From Phoronis australis (Eukaryota > Animalia > Phoronida): a DNA stretch of 64,000 bases. Location of the stretch: positions 424,567-488,566 of the forward strand of contig NMRA01000217.1 in the NCBI GenBank assembly GCA_002633005.1, in the 5' to 3' direction. Under the pieces are notes generated by a model. It was given only the letters and a program-made list of their open reading frames with translations, was not told the DNA's origin and searched no databases. Below, piece after piece: positions 23,373 to 37,615 of this stretch (within the stretch, counting starts at the first letter, position 1; the number at the start of each line of letters is the position of its first letter). A program made the translations under genes and the position numbers.

Positions 23373-24591
23373 AGATTTTAGTATACGACTGCTGTGTGTG
23401 TATACGACAATTTGGGTCATTTCCTCTACAGTGCTGATGTTTTTCAAATGCATCACGGAACGATTGTCGGCTCGTAAATATCCCTTGACATATAACTTGT
23501 GGACACGTGAAATATGATTAATAATCTGCCCTTTCCGTGGTGAGATTTAATGTTAGCTTGATCCAATGGCACGTCTCGTAAAGTGTCGCGCAAAAATGCA
23601 AATCTGTACATGTATATGATTAATTCTATAGATTTTCAGTCTTTCATTTTTGTAAGATGGTTGCTGCAGTCGAATTGCCAGGAAAAAGCATATTACCGTT
23701 GACCCGTGCTTCCAATTCTACTAGGCTCAAGTGATAAGTGTTATTTCCTACGTACTGTTTACCCAACAGCAGGTTAACTATGGTTACGTGACGACAACGA
23801 CAAGAGATCCGTTGATGAAATTCTTTGAATTCATATGTAGATAAGTGCTATGATGCTATTTGTCGCGTAAAAAATCTTAAGTTTGATTTATTATAGTTGT
23901 ATGAAGCATCTAATTCCACAACATAAAACGTCTGTTATGACAAGTCTTCGCGATGACGTGTCTTACGACTCAAGAGAAGATCGGCCAATGTCATTTTTGG
24001 CACGCGTCCGGGTGAAATGACGTGAATCATATAATATATATTATGTGACATATCACCGATAACTATGCACTGAATTGAACAATGGTTGCACTCATTCAAC
24101 ATTCTTCAATCAGTTCCGCGACAGGTACACCATTGATGGTAACAGAAACGTGTATACCTGCACGTACATGTACACGCCTAATCAAGGGGAGCAATAAATT
24201 CCGTTATAATACTCTTCCGCCAATTAATGAAACAATAAGCACCGCTCCTGTTATCCACTTTTCACTCAAGAGTGTACAAAGGACGGACACAAATTCGTGT
24301 ACAAAATTGATTTGAGTTACACTCATAATGTCAAAATGTACTCAAGCGATTAAATAAAAAGAAATTACGCCCACCATAATGTACCAGTAAGTTCCGGAAG
24401 TATCAGGCGATTTGCTGCTTGTAATTTGAATTAATTGCAGAGACGGCACACGAGTAATAACTGCAAACTTCGTGTTACATTTTTTATTTTACTTGGATTT
24501 TTTGTCAGAAAATGTAAATGAAACTGACCTCTAAGTAATCAAGTGTAAAAGAATTCCAACGTTATTCTGGCAGTGGAGCAGACGGTTGCTG

Positions 24592-25020
24592 TGCCCGGTT
24601 GCATGAAACAGTCCCGAAAGGGGACTCAACAAATATTCCTAAATACTTTTTGCATTTGCTTATTTTTTAGGCACATACATAAGATTTTCCATCATTTTAG
24701 CTTTATTATGATCTCTTCTTTGACCAAAGGCATTTTCTAATGATTAAACTAAAACTTGAGCCTTAATTCAGTCAAAACAATTAGGGACTTAGTCCTTAAA
24801 TTAGGGACGTTGCATAAAAAGATCCCTACTTGTTTTCAATAATATTGAAAGTTCAACTTAGAGTTCACTGTCGATTTGTATCAAAGCCAAACATGAGATA
24901 TTAATGATACTCAAACATCATAAAAAAGGACAATCAGTATTTTCACAGACCCACGAATACCCAGAAGACTTTGGTAACTTCGTTGAGTTCCTATTTGGGA
25001 CTGTTTCATTCAATCGTGCA
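24592..25020. mobile_element. PIF/Harbinger-like MITE
   Basis: TIRs tgcccggttgcatgaaacagtccc / gggactgtttcattcaatcgtgca, flanked by a 3-bp CTG duplication (24589-91, 25021-23). Confidence 0.75.
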
Positions 25021-25550
25021 CTGGAACCTTTCTGCAGTTATACATAATATTTTGGTTAAAGGCTAGCAATGAGTTATATTTCTTGCAATGACTTTTCTGC
25101 AAAAGTTGTTAATTTTGCTCCGTTTCTTCTAAAAACTATTATCGCAACACCATTTGAAGATTCCAAAAACAAGGTCTACAAATCAGTCAGGAAATGTCGC
25201 CCGAACAGCGATTGAAGTTTTGTGTTCGTTTCCCTAACCACTAGCAAAAACAATTAATTGCGAGTTATGAACCCGAATGCCAGTTGATCACACGATGCTG
25301 CACGTGCAGAAGACCATGGAGAAATGTTTTTCTTAATACAGTCACAAAACGGCGATTGTTTATGTTCCACAAGTTAACCAATTACGCCAATTTTCAGGTT
25401 TTGATGTTTGGAAGTATAGAGTTATGTTACGTGACAAGTAAAATGAGATAGAAAACATAAAATAGGATGAAAATAAATTAAAATGAACACATTGATGGCC
25501 TTAAATCAGATTTACTGATATCCATGTGCATCTTGACTTTATCGAATTAA

Positions 25551-27857
25551 GAGTGACTCCATATAAAAACCAACAGGTAGAGTCTATACCCAAAATCACC
25601 GATTTTTTTGAAACTTAGCACATGAGTTTGGTTTGTTGAGATGTAGGAAAAACTCACTTTTTAAGAATTTTCGTTCATTATTTTTCTTTTTATGACCTGT
25701 ACCTCCATTTTGCAACAAAATTGGGCGTCGAAGTAGGCATGTTTGAATGCATTTTACTACCATGTGTGGTAAGGACAAAACAAATGGATAATACGAATTG
25801 AAAGGGCAATGGCTGAATAATTTAATGGCATAACTTTCAAAATCCATTTTTAAATTTGTACGTTTTGAATTTGTGAGGCAAAAACGGCTATTTTTCAGGT
25901 TTTCACTGAAGCCATTTTCGGCCAAATTTGGCACTCTGTAGCAGCCATAACGCACCTTTTCTGAAATTGACTTTATAATAATTTGTTTAGTCATTCCCAA
26001 CTTGTTCATAATCTAAAATAAAAAATCTTGCCTCTAATGTAGTTTTTGCGTACGAAGCATTACACGAACTGCACTTCGTCCGTTTGCATGTTCTCAGTTG
26101 CCTCTGCTGCCAATAGGGGGCTCTTGGAACATATAATTAGCTTGCGAAACACGACATAAAAACCTTGTATTTTGGAGAAAAGGCAGACAGCATTATTAAT
26201 TACCATTCTATGATTATTGATGATTATTGCTTATAACATAAAATACGTAACGTAAATCAACTGGCATGCGTGGTTCTAAATGATAGATGGCACTGTTTTT
26301 GTTTACGTAGAGACTGAAGACGCATCTAGAATAAGAGCAGTAACACGAGGACCTTGCTGTAATTCAAGACTTCGCGAGATATTGCCCTGCATTTTAAATG
26401 ATAACACGTGGTTTTGGATAAATTTTAGAGAGGTTCTAGTGTTACTGAACTCACCCCTGCCTTGATTTCTATCTGCCTTGTTCGTGCCACAGGCAAAGGA
26501 AGGCAACCAAGGTGGATATAGCCCCGTAGTGTTCAGTGCAAAAAATCCTTCAACTTGTCAATAGTCATTGTAACTTTGGGTTCATATTGTAATGTTCCTG
26601 ATGGTTGCTACAAATTTTAGTCACCACCAGTCGCCAGAAATCTGGTGTTCCCCCCACACACCGGACACCCTAACGCTGAATATTTCTGTCAGTGTGATCA
26701 TCAGTGGTATAAAAAGGTACACATTCACAGTCAATAGAAAATAATTCACGAGATACAATTTTATTAATGACTCATTCATGACAGACATGAAGTAAACAGA
26801 AGTAACGCTCTCGACTTCATATATCACACATCTCTGAGTGGTATGCTACAAAACCAGGCTAAACGTTGAGCTCATTTACCCGACTTCATTCAGTAAATCT
26901 GACCATATAACAGCATCTTCAGCAGAAATTGCATCGTCATAAACATTGCTGCGGACAACCTCGAAAAAATCCACCAATCTGCGATTCACTTAATATCACA
27001 GGTAAACACTTTACCAGTGGGTTCTCGTAATGTTTTCCCATTTTGGCACTTCCGAGGGTGAAAGTTTTTACCTGACTTATCTCCTTCATCGAATATGTTC
27101 CTCAGGAAGTTCTTAACCTTTGCTGAAAATCTTGTTGACCTTTTACCTTTTTTCAATGCCTAACCTATTGCTTCAGCATTCGTCTCATCCAAATAGTATT
27201 CTGAGGCTGCCTCAAATGACACTCCGGTTCTTGCATCTGAAAGCATTNTTTAAAGCAGACTTCTTGCCTAAAAGTTTATTCAAATGGTTTGTTAACTCTG
27301 CTCGTCATTTCCAAACTATGAAAATAGACAGTTTTGAAAGACAATATTCACTAAGGTGCAAAGTTGAGGCAAGATTTTTTATTGCTCAATCATCAAGACT
27401 AACTCTTTAACTGTATGTTCAAAACGTCACATAAGGCTACAAGGTGTTTTATGGCAGTAAGAAGGTCACAAAAATGGCCACTAAAATTAGCCTCAAAAAG
27501 TGGTCTGTGAATTATCTCCCCTGTCTAGCATAAAGCTGTCAGATTTTAATAAATGGCACAGAATTATGTACAGCATACGTTGGTTATTTCAGCCACCAAA
27601 ATATAGCTTTTGATCTATTTTGTATGTGACTCATTTTGTTGCTGAAAACATACGATTTTTGAGACGGCTAATATGCCCAATTGTGCCAATTTGTGTTATC
27701 ATTCTCCAGCGGCGAAATTAGGGGTCATTGAGTGCACAAAATTTGTCATTTGGGTTTATGTTAGGATACCTACCCATGTACAAAAAATGAAGTTGTTTTA
27801 AATTTTGACGTATAGACTGATTTTTGAAAATCTACTGGTTTTTATATGGACTGTCTC
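25551..27857 (-). mobile_element. Non-autonomous Sola3-like DNA transposon with a degenerate transposase C-terminal remnant
   Basis: TTAA on both sides; termini GAGTGACTCCATATAAAAACCA ... TGGTTTTTATATGGACTGTCTC. Minus strand ~26945-27290 reads G*ALKKGKRSTRFSAKVKNFLRNIFDEGDKSGK...SQIGGFF(fs)SRLS. TTAA plus GAG..CTC termini are Sola3 hallmarks (from memory). Confidence 0.78.
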
Positions 27858-29243
27858 TTAACAGGTGGAGTGACATTTATACATATTCTAAACTCTCAGG
27901 AGTGAAACGCACTTTAATTTCTCGTAACCACACGTGCGTGAATGCGTATTCTGTGTTGAAACTATTAAGCGAAAGGCACGGTGTCGAACGTTTTAGTAAA
28001 ATACTTTTCGAACGGCAATGTAATAATTTTCCGTTAGCAGTACTCTCTTTCCATAAATTTAGATGTTTCATTTACTAATTTAACAGTTCGTTAAAAAAGT
28101 TTAGTTAAAAGACTTTCGATGTTTCAAATCTAATTATTGTGTGTCTATTTTAAGTTTTCTACTTCCATGCAACTTGTCACGGATTACACGTTCAAATATT
28201 CGAAATCAAAAACTCGGTTAATTAATGAACTCATGAAATGCAAGCAATCACTGTTTTGATGCCTTGTTTAAAAAAACACGATCTCGTAAATACCACGTGA
28301 CCAATTGTTGTGTTACCCTATGCATCACCCAATTTTGCATCGCAGCGGACATGTTCACTGTCTGAATTATATTTCGTGACAATCTTTTTTTAGTAAAAGG
28401 TCCACATTCTCAAAAATTCGAGACCCCCTTTTTTAGGCTGAGTGCGCGCATGTGATCTGCCAATATAAATGAATTTGTGAGTGCAGGGGTCATTCATGTA
28501 CAATCAATGTATATGTCCCTGGCACGCATTTATATCTGTATTAAGAAAAATTCTGTTTATTTACACATAAACAGTTAGTTACAAAACACGTACACTGTCA
28601 TTGGGTTTGTTCTGCGAAAACCTATAAAATGTGGAGTCTACGGGGCTGAAATTAATATGAGACTTCAGGTCAAAAAGCATGTTTGGTTCTGTCATGAAAA
28701 TTTTTACGGTTCATTTTCCACCAAAAGTAGTACGATAATGCTTTGCTTTTTCAAAAAATCACCTTATATCAGCTCAAGTAATGCGGAAATACTCTTTGTT
28801 TTGTTCAGCTCAAATCAACTTCAGCGATGCAGTGATCACGATCACATCTAGTGAGATGCATTTCAATAGAACCAGCGACACTTACTTCACTTTTAACATA
28901 TGCTTTTGTTGCCTGAGTAAAAGTAATTCACTCCCTTATCCAGACACTTTTAAAACGTAATGACAGATATGCAACAAGCTATGATAAATTCACGAACTTT
29001 CATCTAGTAATAGTCATAGAGTATTGTACAAATGGATTGTATGTTCTGGTAACGATTTTCATCCCAATTCCAAATTTACCGCAGATATGAAGCATTTGTA
29101 AAACACTTCATTTGTGTTACAGATACTGGTAATGCCTTACAGACATTGAATTTTTATCCGTATACATGAGGAAACCACGTTTTTTTAACTTGAGAGTCCC
29201 GTTTCATCAACAACAGACGGTATTTTTAAATGTCCGAGTTACA

Positions 29244-29454
29244 TAAGGCCGCAAGCAAATAGTTGTGCGACGATCGAGAGATGAAAAGCGTCGGCCGGGT
29301 GTCGGTGTCAAAAATCAGCAATCGGTACGCCATCAGCCGGACTCTCATTCGCAGGATCGTCGGTATGAGATCTGGCGGGAATCGCCAGACCATCGGTAAC
29401 ATCGACCGATTGTTGCACGGCGACGTCTGGCGATCTCTAGTTGGTGCAATGCCT
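29244..29454. mobile_element. Possible GC-rich degenerate Harbinger-type MITE
   Basis: Imperfect terminal inversion aggccgcaagcaa / ttggtgcaatgcct; CpG-rich island with repeated gatcg/tcgg motifs in an AT-rich context. Confidence 0.35.
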
Positions 29455-30224
29455 ATGGCGACATGTTCAAGATTGTCTTCCCATTGTTTGCATAGAACGT
29501 AAGACTAGCATCAGTTTTGCATCTTGAAATGCCTGCAGATCATATATCTGGCTATATTCCACAGATCCTGATGTCTTTTGTCGGATCGGGATATAGTTTT
29601 GCCAACATAACTGCGCCTAAATAAGTTTATTTCATTTAACCAGTAGAATTAACCACGCATTATGGTTTATATAACTTCATTTCACTGACAGCTGAGACTA
29701 GAATTGCATGAAATCAGTTATTGAGTCAGTGACATAAGCCGCGTCAATAAGCCTCCACTTAAGCATTTAACGTGAATGTATTTTTGAGATCTAACTGTAC
29801 ACGTTTTGGTTAAAAAGGGCGTTTCGCAGCAATTAACACTGCAGCTGTTCTTAACCGAGGCACTTTGGAGTTTAAAACATAACCACGTTCCTCCAATTTT
29901 GAATTGTTGGCGAATGAGCCGGCAACGCAAGTAACCGGCAATGCCCACTTTGAGCCTGCTGCATTTTCGAATTCGAAGCTTAAAGGATGGCCAACCCCAA
30001 TAAACGTTTTCTTGAGTCACTGATGGTTTCGATATCCTTGTCAGCAATGGAAAAGGAGTCCGGCCTATCACGTTAAGGAATGAGACCGGCTCTATGAAAT
30101 TTGGTGTTCTGTCCAAGAAGCAAACCTTTGATTTATACCTCTTTGAGTGATAGAATTGACCTCAATTTGACCCTTACTTCGACGAGACGTCGTTCCTGGG
30201 TTTACAAAGTACTTAATATGCCTT

Positions 30225-30468
30225 TATTCCTTGAGACCTTGCTCGGTGATACGCCGTGACAAGCTAACTTGCAGTATTCCTTGAGACCTTGCTCGGTGAC
30301 ATGCCGTGACAAGCTAACTTGCAGTATTCCTCGAGACCTTGCTTGGTCGGTGACAAGCTTACTTACAGTATTCCTTGAGACCTTGGTCGGTGACACGCCG
30401 TGACAAGCTAACTTGCAGTATTCCTTGAGACCTTGCTCGGTGACATACCGTGACAAGCTAACTTGCAG
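30225..30468. repeat. 50-bp minisatellite, 5 copies (third copy 44 bp)
   Basis: Unit TATTCCTTGAGACCTTGCTCGGTGACACGCCGTGACAAGCTAACTTGCAG at 30225, 30275, 30325, 30369 and 30419. Confidence 0.95.
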
Positions 30469-33400
30469 TCAGTTCTTAAGCACTAAAGGACTGTCAGTTG
30501 TTTGGAAGAAACGACGTTACCGTCTATTTAGTCAAAGAACAGTTTCTGATCAATGTCAGGACAGTAAGTGGTCGGAATCAAAATTTGTTTTTTTGTGGTG
30601 ACAGTCTGGTTTATAACAGCTGATATAAGGCAAAATGAAATATTATGAAAAATGATATGACACAAAAAACAAATTTTCCTAAATGTAATTCAGTATTTGT
30701 TGAACATGCTCAATAGTGCAATTATTTGCTTTTGGCTCATAGTTAAAAAAGCTGAATTTTGGTTGTTTTTCCGTCCGACTGGCCACAAGAAGTAAAGAGA
30801 TGGTCTGATGCCTTTCCCGTGCACCATGCTTAGGCCACAAGGCCTTGATCACCTGATTATGACTGAAGTGAGCCTCATGGGGAAAGCCTTCCGATGTACT
30901 TACTTTTCCTAATAAATTTGGAAAGACTGTTAAAGCTGAATGATCAAGCGATTTCGTCCAGGCCCGTTATATGTTCACCAAGTGGCAGGTTGCGTAGTCT
31001 TTGATGGATAGGGAAAACCATACTACATTAGGTGTTCGGGAGTGTCGGCTTCCATGCCGCACTCGGGCAACTTGAGCATGTCATGTGACCTGTGATGTTT
31101 CGCTGCTAAGGTACATGTGGGTTGCTGCGTCCAGTAATAGTATGGATCACGTGCAGAACAGCAAGCCTATCTAATGTTAAGAACCTCTTAGAACCCTTTG
31201 GTTCAATACGGGAGATGGAAACGTTTGGTTTATATGACTAGACATGTTGAAGAGCCTAAATTCATCATGATCACTAAAATTGCAGCCGCTTATTTCTGTG
31301 GTAAAAAACAGCAAGATTCATGTTGTGTAGAAGCTTTTATTGTTTATTAGTCAATCGAATGGTCCATTGAAGTGTCTCGCATTTCCCACGTTTTGTCATC
31401 TATTCAAACAACCCCATTACTCTTCCAAGACAAACATGTAGATATTTCAATTGTTCATTTGCTTGATGAAATCGATTTGTGATTTTCAACTATACTTGTT
31501 TACTTGTAGCCAACGGTCTCATTCTATATTTGTGTCGACAAATCATTTATTACGCTACAATAGCTTTATGAAAACGGATGAAGAATGCCTTCGCCATAGT
31601 TGCACGTTCGGCAGACGATCTTGTATCGCCGACAGTTGTCACGACTGCGGTTGAATATTTCTAAAATCATTCAGTTTTGCTAGCTTACAAAAATTAGTCC
31701 TTTTCAGTAATTAAACTTACTGGTACGGTTTATTGTGCAGAAACTGAAAAAGCAAAATCGAACAACGAAATCAAAGACCTGATGGCTACGGCAAAAAACC
31801 TGGCCATGTTCCATAGACTTATAGTGGCATAGATCGTGAAAAACAGACTAAATTGCATTACTCAAAGTGGTTCTATGTCACTGAAACAAAAGTCAAACTG
31901 TTTATCAGATAATTTTACGGTTTGTTCGTAAAGATTTTGGTTTTCTGTTGATGTCAATACATTTTTCCATTGGATTGAAATTTCCAAAAAAAAAAACGAT
32001 TTGTCAACTAGTCGACACTTCGTCGATTTTTCTCCTACACGGCAAAGCATGCCTCCTTATTTGTTATGGCAAGACATAGACTTTGTGCATTTCCCATATA
32101 TGGAAATGTGTCCTTTGAATTTTGATGTAAACAAAACAATGGCGATTTCAAGCAGCAACCAGTCCAACTTCTTTGAGCGCATCCGTGCATATATAAAGTA
32201 CTCAAAAAGTAACGCCCATTCATTTTTGTTCATAAATTGAAAAGTAATGCTTGTTTTTGAAGTATAATTCAAGACACACATTTTAAAATCAAAAACCCTT
32301 TTTGTGAATTTCAAAATGAAGCTTTTAAAGCGACTTGAGTGTGAATAAAAAAAGTCACAAGATAGAGATACCGAAGACATTTGGTGAACGCGGGTCGCGA
32401 CAGTACACGTTGAATGATGAGACAGGCTGGAACTGATCCGCTATTTTGTGACTTTTGTTTTTGAACTGTTTAACTTAATCGCCAAGTTAACTTTTTTACT
32501 GTACAAATTTCAAGCAATTGTGATATCAAAAAATTTGTTTTAAATAAACTTTCTCGCGAGGAAACAACTGTCTTATTTTACTTCTTATTAAAGTTATTCT
32601 GAAAAGTATGAAGGGGATGTTACTATTTGGAGTGCAACTACGGTACGCAGAGATTACCTACGACAGTCTTCCTGTCTGTTCACCCAAAATGGTCATTATA
32701 ACGTTCTCTATTCATTCCCCAGTTTTTGAACACCTTCATCCACTGTGATAGTGAGGCATAAAGAAAATGGAATAGAAGAAAATGTCCTCGTGCCGCCATG
32801 ACCAACATACTTCCGCGAGCCTGTTTGCATGACTATGACATGATGGGATCAGCAGATGACCCTCGTCTATTGCCATGTTGAGTTCTCAAATAATGATTGA
32901 AATTTTGATTACTTTGAGCACTGAGGAAGTACAATTTTAATTGCTATATTCTTTACTAATTACACCATAGTAAAAGAAGGAATACGCCGCGATAGACAAA
33001 AAAGCATATTTGGATCTAATCTGTAATTTTTTTGAGAATTCATCCGATGAATTGTTAATTTTTAGTTGTTTGTTTTATTTTCAAAAGTCACCTGGACTGA
33101 ATTCCGTAGACTCCAGACAATTGCAGGTGGAGCTTATACGATAACTTGGTTGGGTTGCAAAATATTTCGGGAAGATTTTCGTGATCTCGTTCTTCTTTCA
33201 AGAAACTAGGTCAACGGAACATGACATGAGCTGAAGTGGTCACGATGCGGTCTCCAGTGTAGTCTCATATCTAACCTCTAGTAGCATTTGCATAGAGTCT
33301 CGTCACAAGGGAACGAGACCGTTGTCTACGAGTCGGTTCGTAGATTAAATAATTCATCGGAGTATTCAATCTACGGTCGGCTCACCTACATGTACTACTG

Positions 33401-36400
33401 CCAAACATCATAGCAACGGAAATCGACGACATGTGATGATTTCGCTCAAAAATAGTTCAGCAAACAGAAAATTTACGAGGAAAAAAGACTCTAAGTGAGT
33501 TGATCAAAAGCCGAAATTGTTTCTTGGTACTGTTTTTGATGCCTGATATTATAGTGTCACGTTTATCTTTCGTCTGAAAATACCGCGCGTGGAGATAATT
33601 TGACCGGGCAGTACACTCAGGTGTTGGCTTAGGTGGCACCAAAAAGTTTAGATATGAACCGTTTGGTGGCACTGTACACTTAGACTGCAACCGGGAGCAA
33701 TTTGCGAAATTGATTTCTCAGGATAGACCGGGTTTGGCGACAATTTTGAGGTATGCACAACAGGAAAGTTCAATGAATCTCGGTTGGTTTAATTATATTT
33801 GTGAGCATATGACTGAGAAAATCCCATTAGGTCGGCTGTAGGCCTGGGTGCACTTTCGTTCAAAATGATGTCCCCGTATAGCATTGCTGCATTGGTGCTC
33901 AGTAACCGAGGAATGTGCTGCCATTTCAGCTAGCCCTCAAACAAGCCACAATAGCAAGAATGTGGTTGGAATGGAGCACTTTTGAACCACATTTGTTGTA
34001 AATTTGGTTTCAGAGTCTAGCGTTGGCTCATGTCGAGCATTAGCTGAGAGGTAGTGGTTTGGAGCAGAATACTTAATTTTGCGTCTATACCGTCTCTTCT
34101 GGAGCCTTGCTTCCTTTTAGGCGGAAATGTAAGCTGTCAAAATGTGTAGCGTTTCTAACGTAAAATGTAAAACGATTTGCAACTTTTCATTTTGTTCACA
34201 GAGTTTCCGACAGAGCAGAAAAAAGGCAACAAGTCCACTGAGCAAAACCGAGGTAGAACTGTGCAGTGCTGCCATATGAAGCAAATGCATTGGAGGCTGT
34301 TCAATTTCCCAAAACGAGGTCATTCTGTTACTGAGATGTTTGACAATACTAAGCAGTGAACTAATTAGCACGCGTATTTCAACATTTCGAAATGTCACAT
34401 ATTTCTCTCATGTGAAGAAATCGTTCAGAGACAAATAAGTAAATTCTATTGCTGCTCAAAGATTTGAAATGCACGCTGCCATTTTCATGAATAACTCCAA
34501 CATTGAAACAGATGTACTTTAAACCAAAGTGTTCTGCTCGAGTGACATTGTGAGCAGTGTGCATGGTGATCACAACCCACGTTTAGCATCTAGATAATGG
34601 CTCAAGTTACGCCAGTTGTAAAATATGCTTTTCATGTTTGACTGATTTAAACACACCGGTTGACTTCATCTTTGATTGAACAATGGAGATTCAGCTGTCA
34701 GAGATGTACATATAATCAGGCTGTAATGCGAGCCTGAGTTCGGAAACTAGATCCTGGACCCTAATTTCGAACTCACAGCTGACTCAGATTGAGACTCGAA
34801 ACCTAGCCAATCATGCTGCAGGATTCGAATACAAATTAAAAATAGAAAATAGACCCTGCTTTCCTTCAAAGCACCCTCATGACGTGACAGCGGATGGACA
34901 AGTGCCTTACGAATAATGTAATTTGACCTCGCATAAGGTGACTTGTTTTAGTTTCTTGCTAAAACAAAATAATATTTTTAACATCTGCGGAACATTAAAA
35001 TATCTCTTTATGTCAAACAAACGTTTGCACGCACACGCACGCGCATTCACGCACAGTACACATACACGGTCAGCCTTTTTGCGAAGATTCCGAAAAAATA
35101 TCAAATGACCGCAAAATTGACGCAATTTTTTACCTTCCAAAATATTCGGAATTTATTACGGGAAAAAATCAAGCGCGCAAACAATGTAAAGATAAACGCC
35201 TACTTTTTGATTTTCTCGTCATTTGTAAAAATATCTGGCCACTATTGGCGGCCTCTGTTTGAAAGTTCGTGTCTACATAATCACATCGACATATATACAC
35301 TACGTAGCCATAAGATGGAATAAGATACCATGCGGCACATTTTTTGGTTAATTTTGTTTATCCGTGTATATTTGTTGGAGATTTAAGTGGTGAAAGCCAA
35401 TGGATTATTAATATATATAGATTGCGACGCCCCTCTGGCGATAATTCTCCAAAATCCACTCGGGCTCTAAAATACGGCGGATAACGACTTCGCCATGTAA
35501 TAATCTGTATAACACACCCGTGTTCTCGCGGATATCGTTTACAGTACAAGTTATCCAAACTGCACACAAACAGTCGCAACACTCAAATTGTATTAGTTTG
35601 TACAGTGAACACCCTGGAAACAAAAACTATCCTAAATTTTTATTGTGACAATTTGTGCGTGATGGAATTCTTCAAACTCGATTGTATCACTTTAATTGTT
35701 ACAATTAGTACACAAATCTTCACTGTCACTCAGTTTTTGTCACTTCCAAGTCTGCACTGAAGTCATTGCATCCTATATTTGAGTTGGCTAAGTGGAAGCC
35801 AAGATGCGTGTCGACCTCTTCACCATAGGAACCTTGAGAATCGGGTGGATGTCGGATCAGCTGTCATGGTACCACTGTAAGAAAGACGAATACAGTCGCA
35901 GCTACGTGAGATAACAAGTGTTTTCTCCTAAGAAATGGTTCATATAGGTATTTCTGCCATTCCTGTAAGAGAAAGGTGGCCAAACTGTTCTTAAGATATC
36001 CTGTCCTGCATACCAGGAGTTTTTCAACAAGACATTTTTAGGTGACACAGCGTTTTACGAAAACAAGTTACATTTGTCCTAAATGAAAAATTTAGGCCCT
36101 AAACACAGGCGTGTTTAAATAACTTTGTTATTCTGTAGTATTTAACTATAACTACTGTTATCTATAGTACACCAATGAAATAAAATTGTAAAAAATGAAA
36201 AATTACCTTGTAACAGAACCCAATCCAGTACCTCGTGTTGCTGACATTGCACAGTGTATTTGCCCAGCTCTTTGCGGACTGTTCCGCTTTTTTGAAATTT
36301 TCCACCATTCTACCACACCATCTCAATGTCCCGCTTTTTACGCACGGCCAAACTGACATACTATCGTGTACTATTGTAATTTTCCAGGCGACACAGCTAC

Positions 36401-36699
36401 ATTTTCCCGATCTACTGTAACGGAAAAAACGGGACAGTTTCGATAGCTCATTATGCTACAGTGCACGTGTACACTAGCTGCGGTCTTAATCTTCACTTCA
36501 TGGGTTGGCTTCCTGCTATTCCAAAATTTTAGTGTTATCAGCTATTTTCCTAAACGCTTACTTTCCGCCATCATCAATTTGGCACTCAGTGTGACGTTAT
36601 TATTCATTTTAAGCAAAGAAGAGAGTTCTGTAGACGAGAAATTCTTGATTGTACGAAACTGTACCACGGTTTAGCCGGGATCTTTATTGCCTCATGCAT

Positions 36700-37615
36700 C
36701 ACATATTTTCAACAGAATTACGTAGCTGAGATTTCTGGGGCTGGCGTGCAAAATTCAGGGTGGGTTTTGTCTGTCACAGGCCATCTAGTAACCAGTAATT
36801 TCTATTTGAATCCCATGGAATTGTGTATTGTGGCACCTCGAATACATGAGCTAGCTCCTTTTTGGGCATTGTTTTTAGGTTTCTGGCGGACACTTTCCAG
36901 AGGGCAATTTGTCTGTCATGGGTCATTCGGTGTTCATTGCGTCACGATTGTTGATTTCAAGTTTTAGCAGGTACCTCAAACATCTAATATATCTCAAACT
37001 TTTAATGGTATACCGTAGTTGAGATGTTTTGAGAATTTCTGGCGGGCGCAACCCAGAATGTTTTGTCTGTCCTCGGGCATTTAGTGATCAGTGACATGTG
37101 TTGAATCACATGGAATGGGTTTTCTTGTGGCACCTCGAATGTGTGAGGTAGCTCATTCTTGGAGGTCCGTTTTTGGGTTTCTGGCGGACCCTTTCCAGAG
37201 TGCAATTTGATTTGTCTGTCATGGGTCATTCGGTGTTCAGTGCGGTACAATTGTTCATTTTAAATCAGTTTTAACTGGTACCTCGAATATCTAACCTACC
37301 TCAAATTTTCAATGGCATACCGTGGCTCACATTTTTGGGGATATCTGGCGGCAACAACCCAGGGTTTACTTTGTCTGTCACGAGACATTTAGTGATCAGT
37401 GACATCTATTGGATTATAATGAAATTGGCTTTTTTGTGGTACATGTACCTCGAATGTATGAGCTAGCTCATTTTTGGGGTGACCTTTTTGGTTTCTGCCG
37501 GACCCATTCCAGAGTACAATTTGTCTGTCATCGATCATTTGGTGTTCATTGTGGTACTATTGTCCGTTTTAAATCTGTTTTGGCATGTACCTCGAGTATC
37601 TAATCCAGATCATTT
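36700..37615. repeat. Three diverged ~300-bp tandem units
   Basis: Each unit carries ttttgtctgtc, (a/g)cctcgaat..gagctagctc, ttccagag.gcaattt, gtctgtcat..gtcatt.ggtgttca and gtacctc.a..atctaa in the same order. Confidence 0.88.

Noticed and set aside
30225-30468. 50-bp repeats as CRISPR or a coding repeat (ORF 30202..30456)
   Set aside because: No spacers; the period is not a multiple of 3; the ORF is a by-product of the repeat.
31040-31065. GC-rich hairpin considered as an HDV-like ribozyme
   Set aside because: Simple stem-loop only; no room for the P2/P4 nested pseudoknot.
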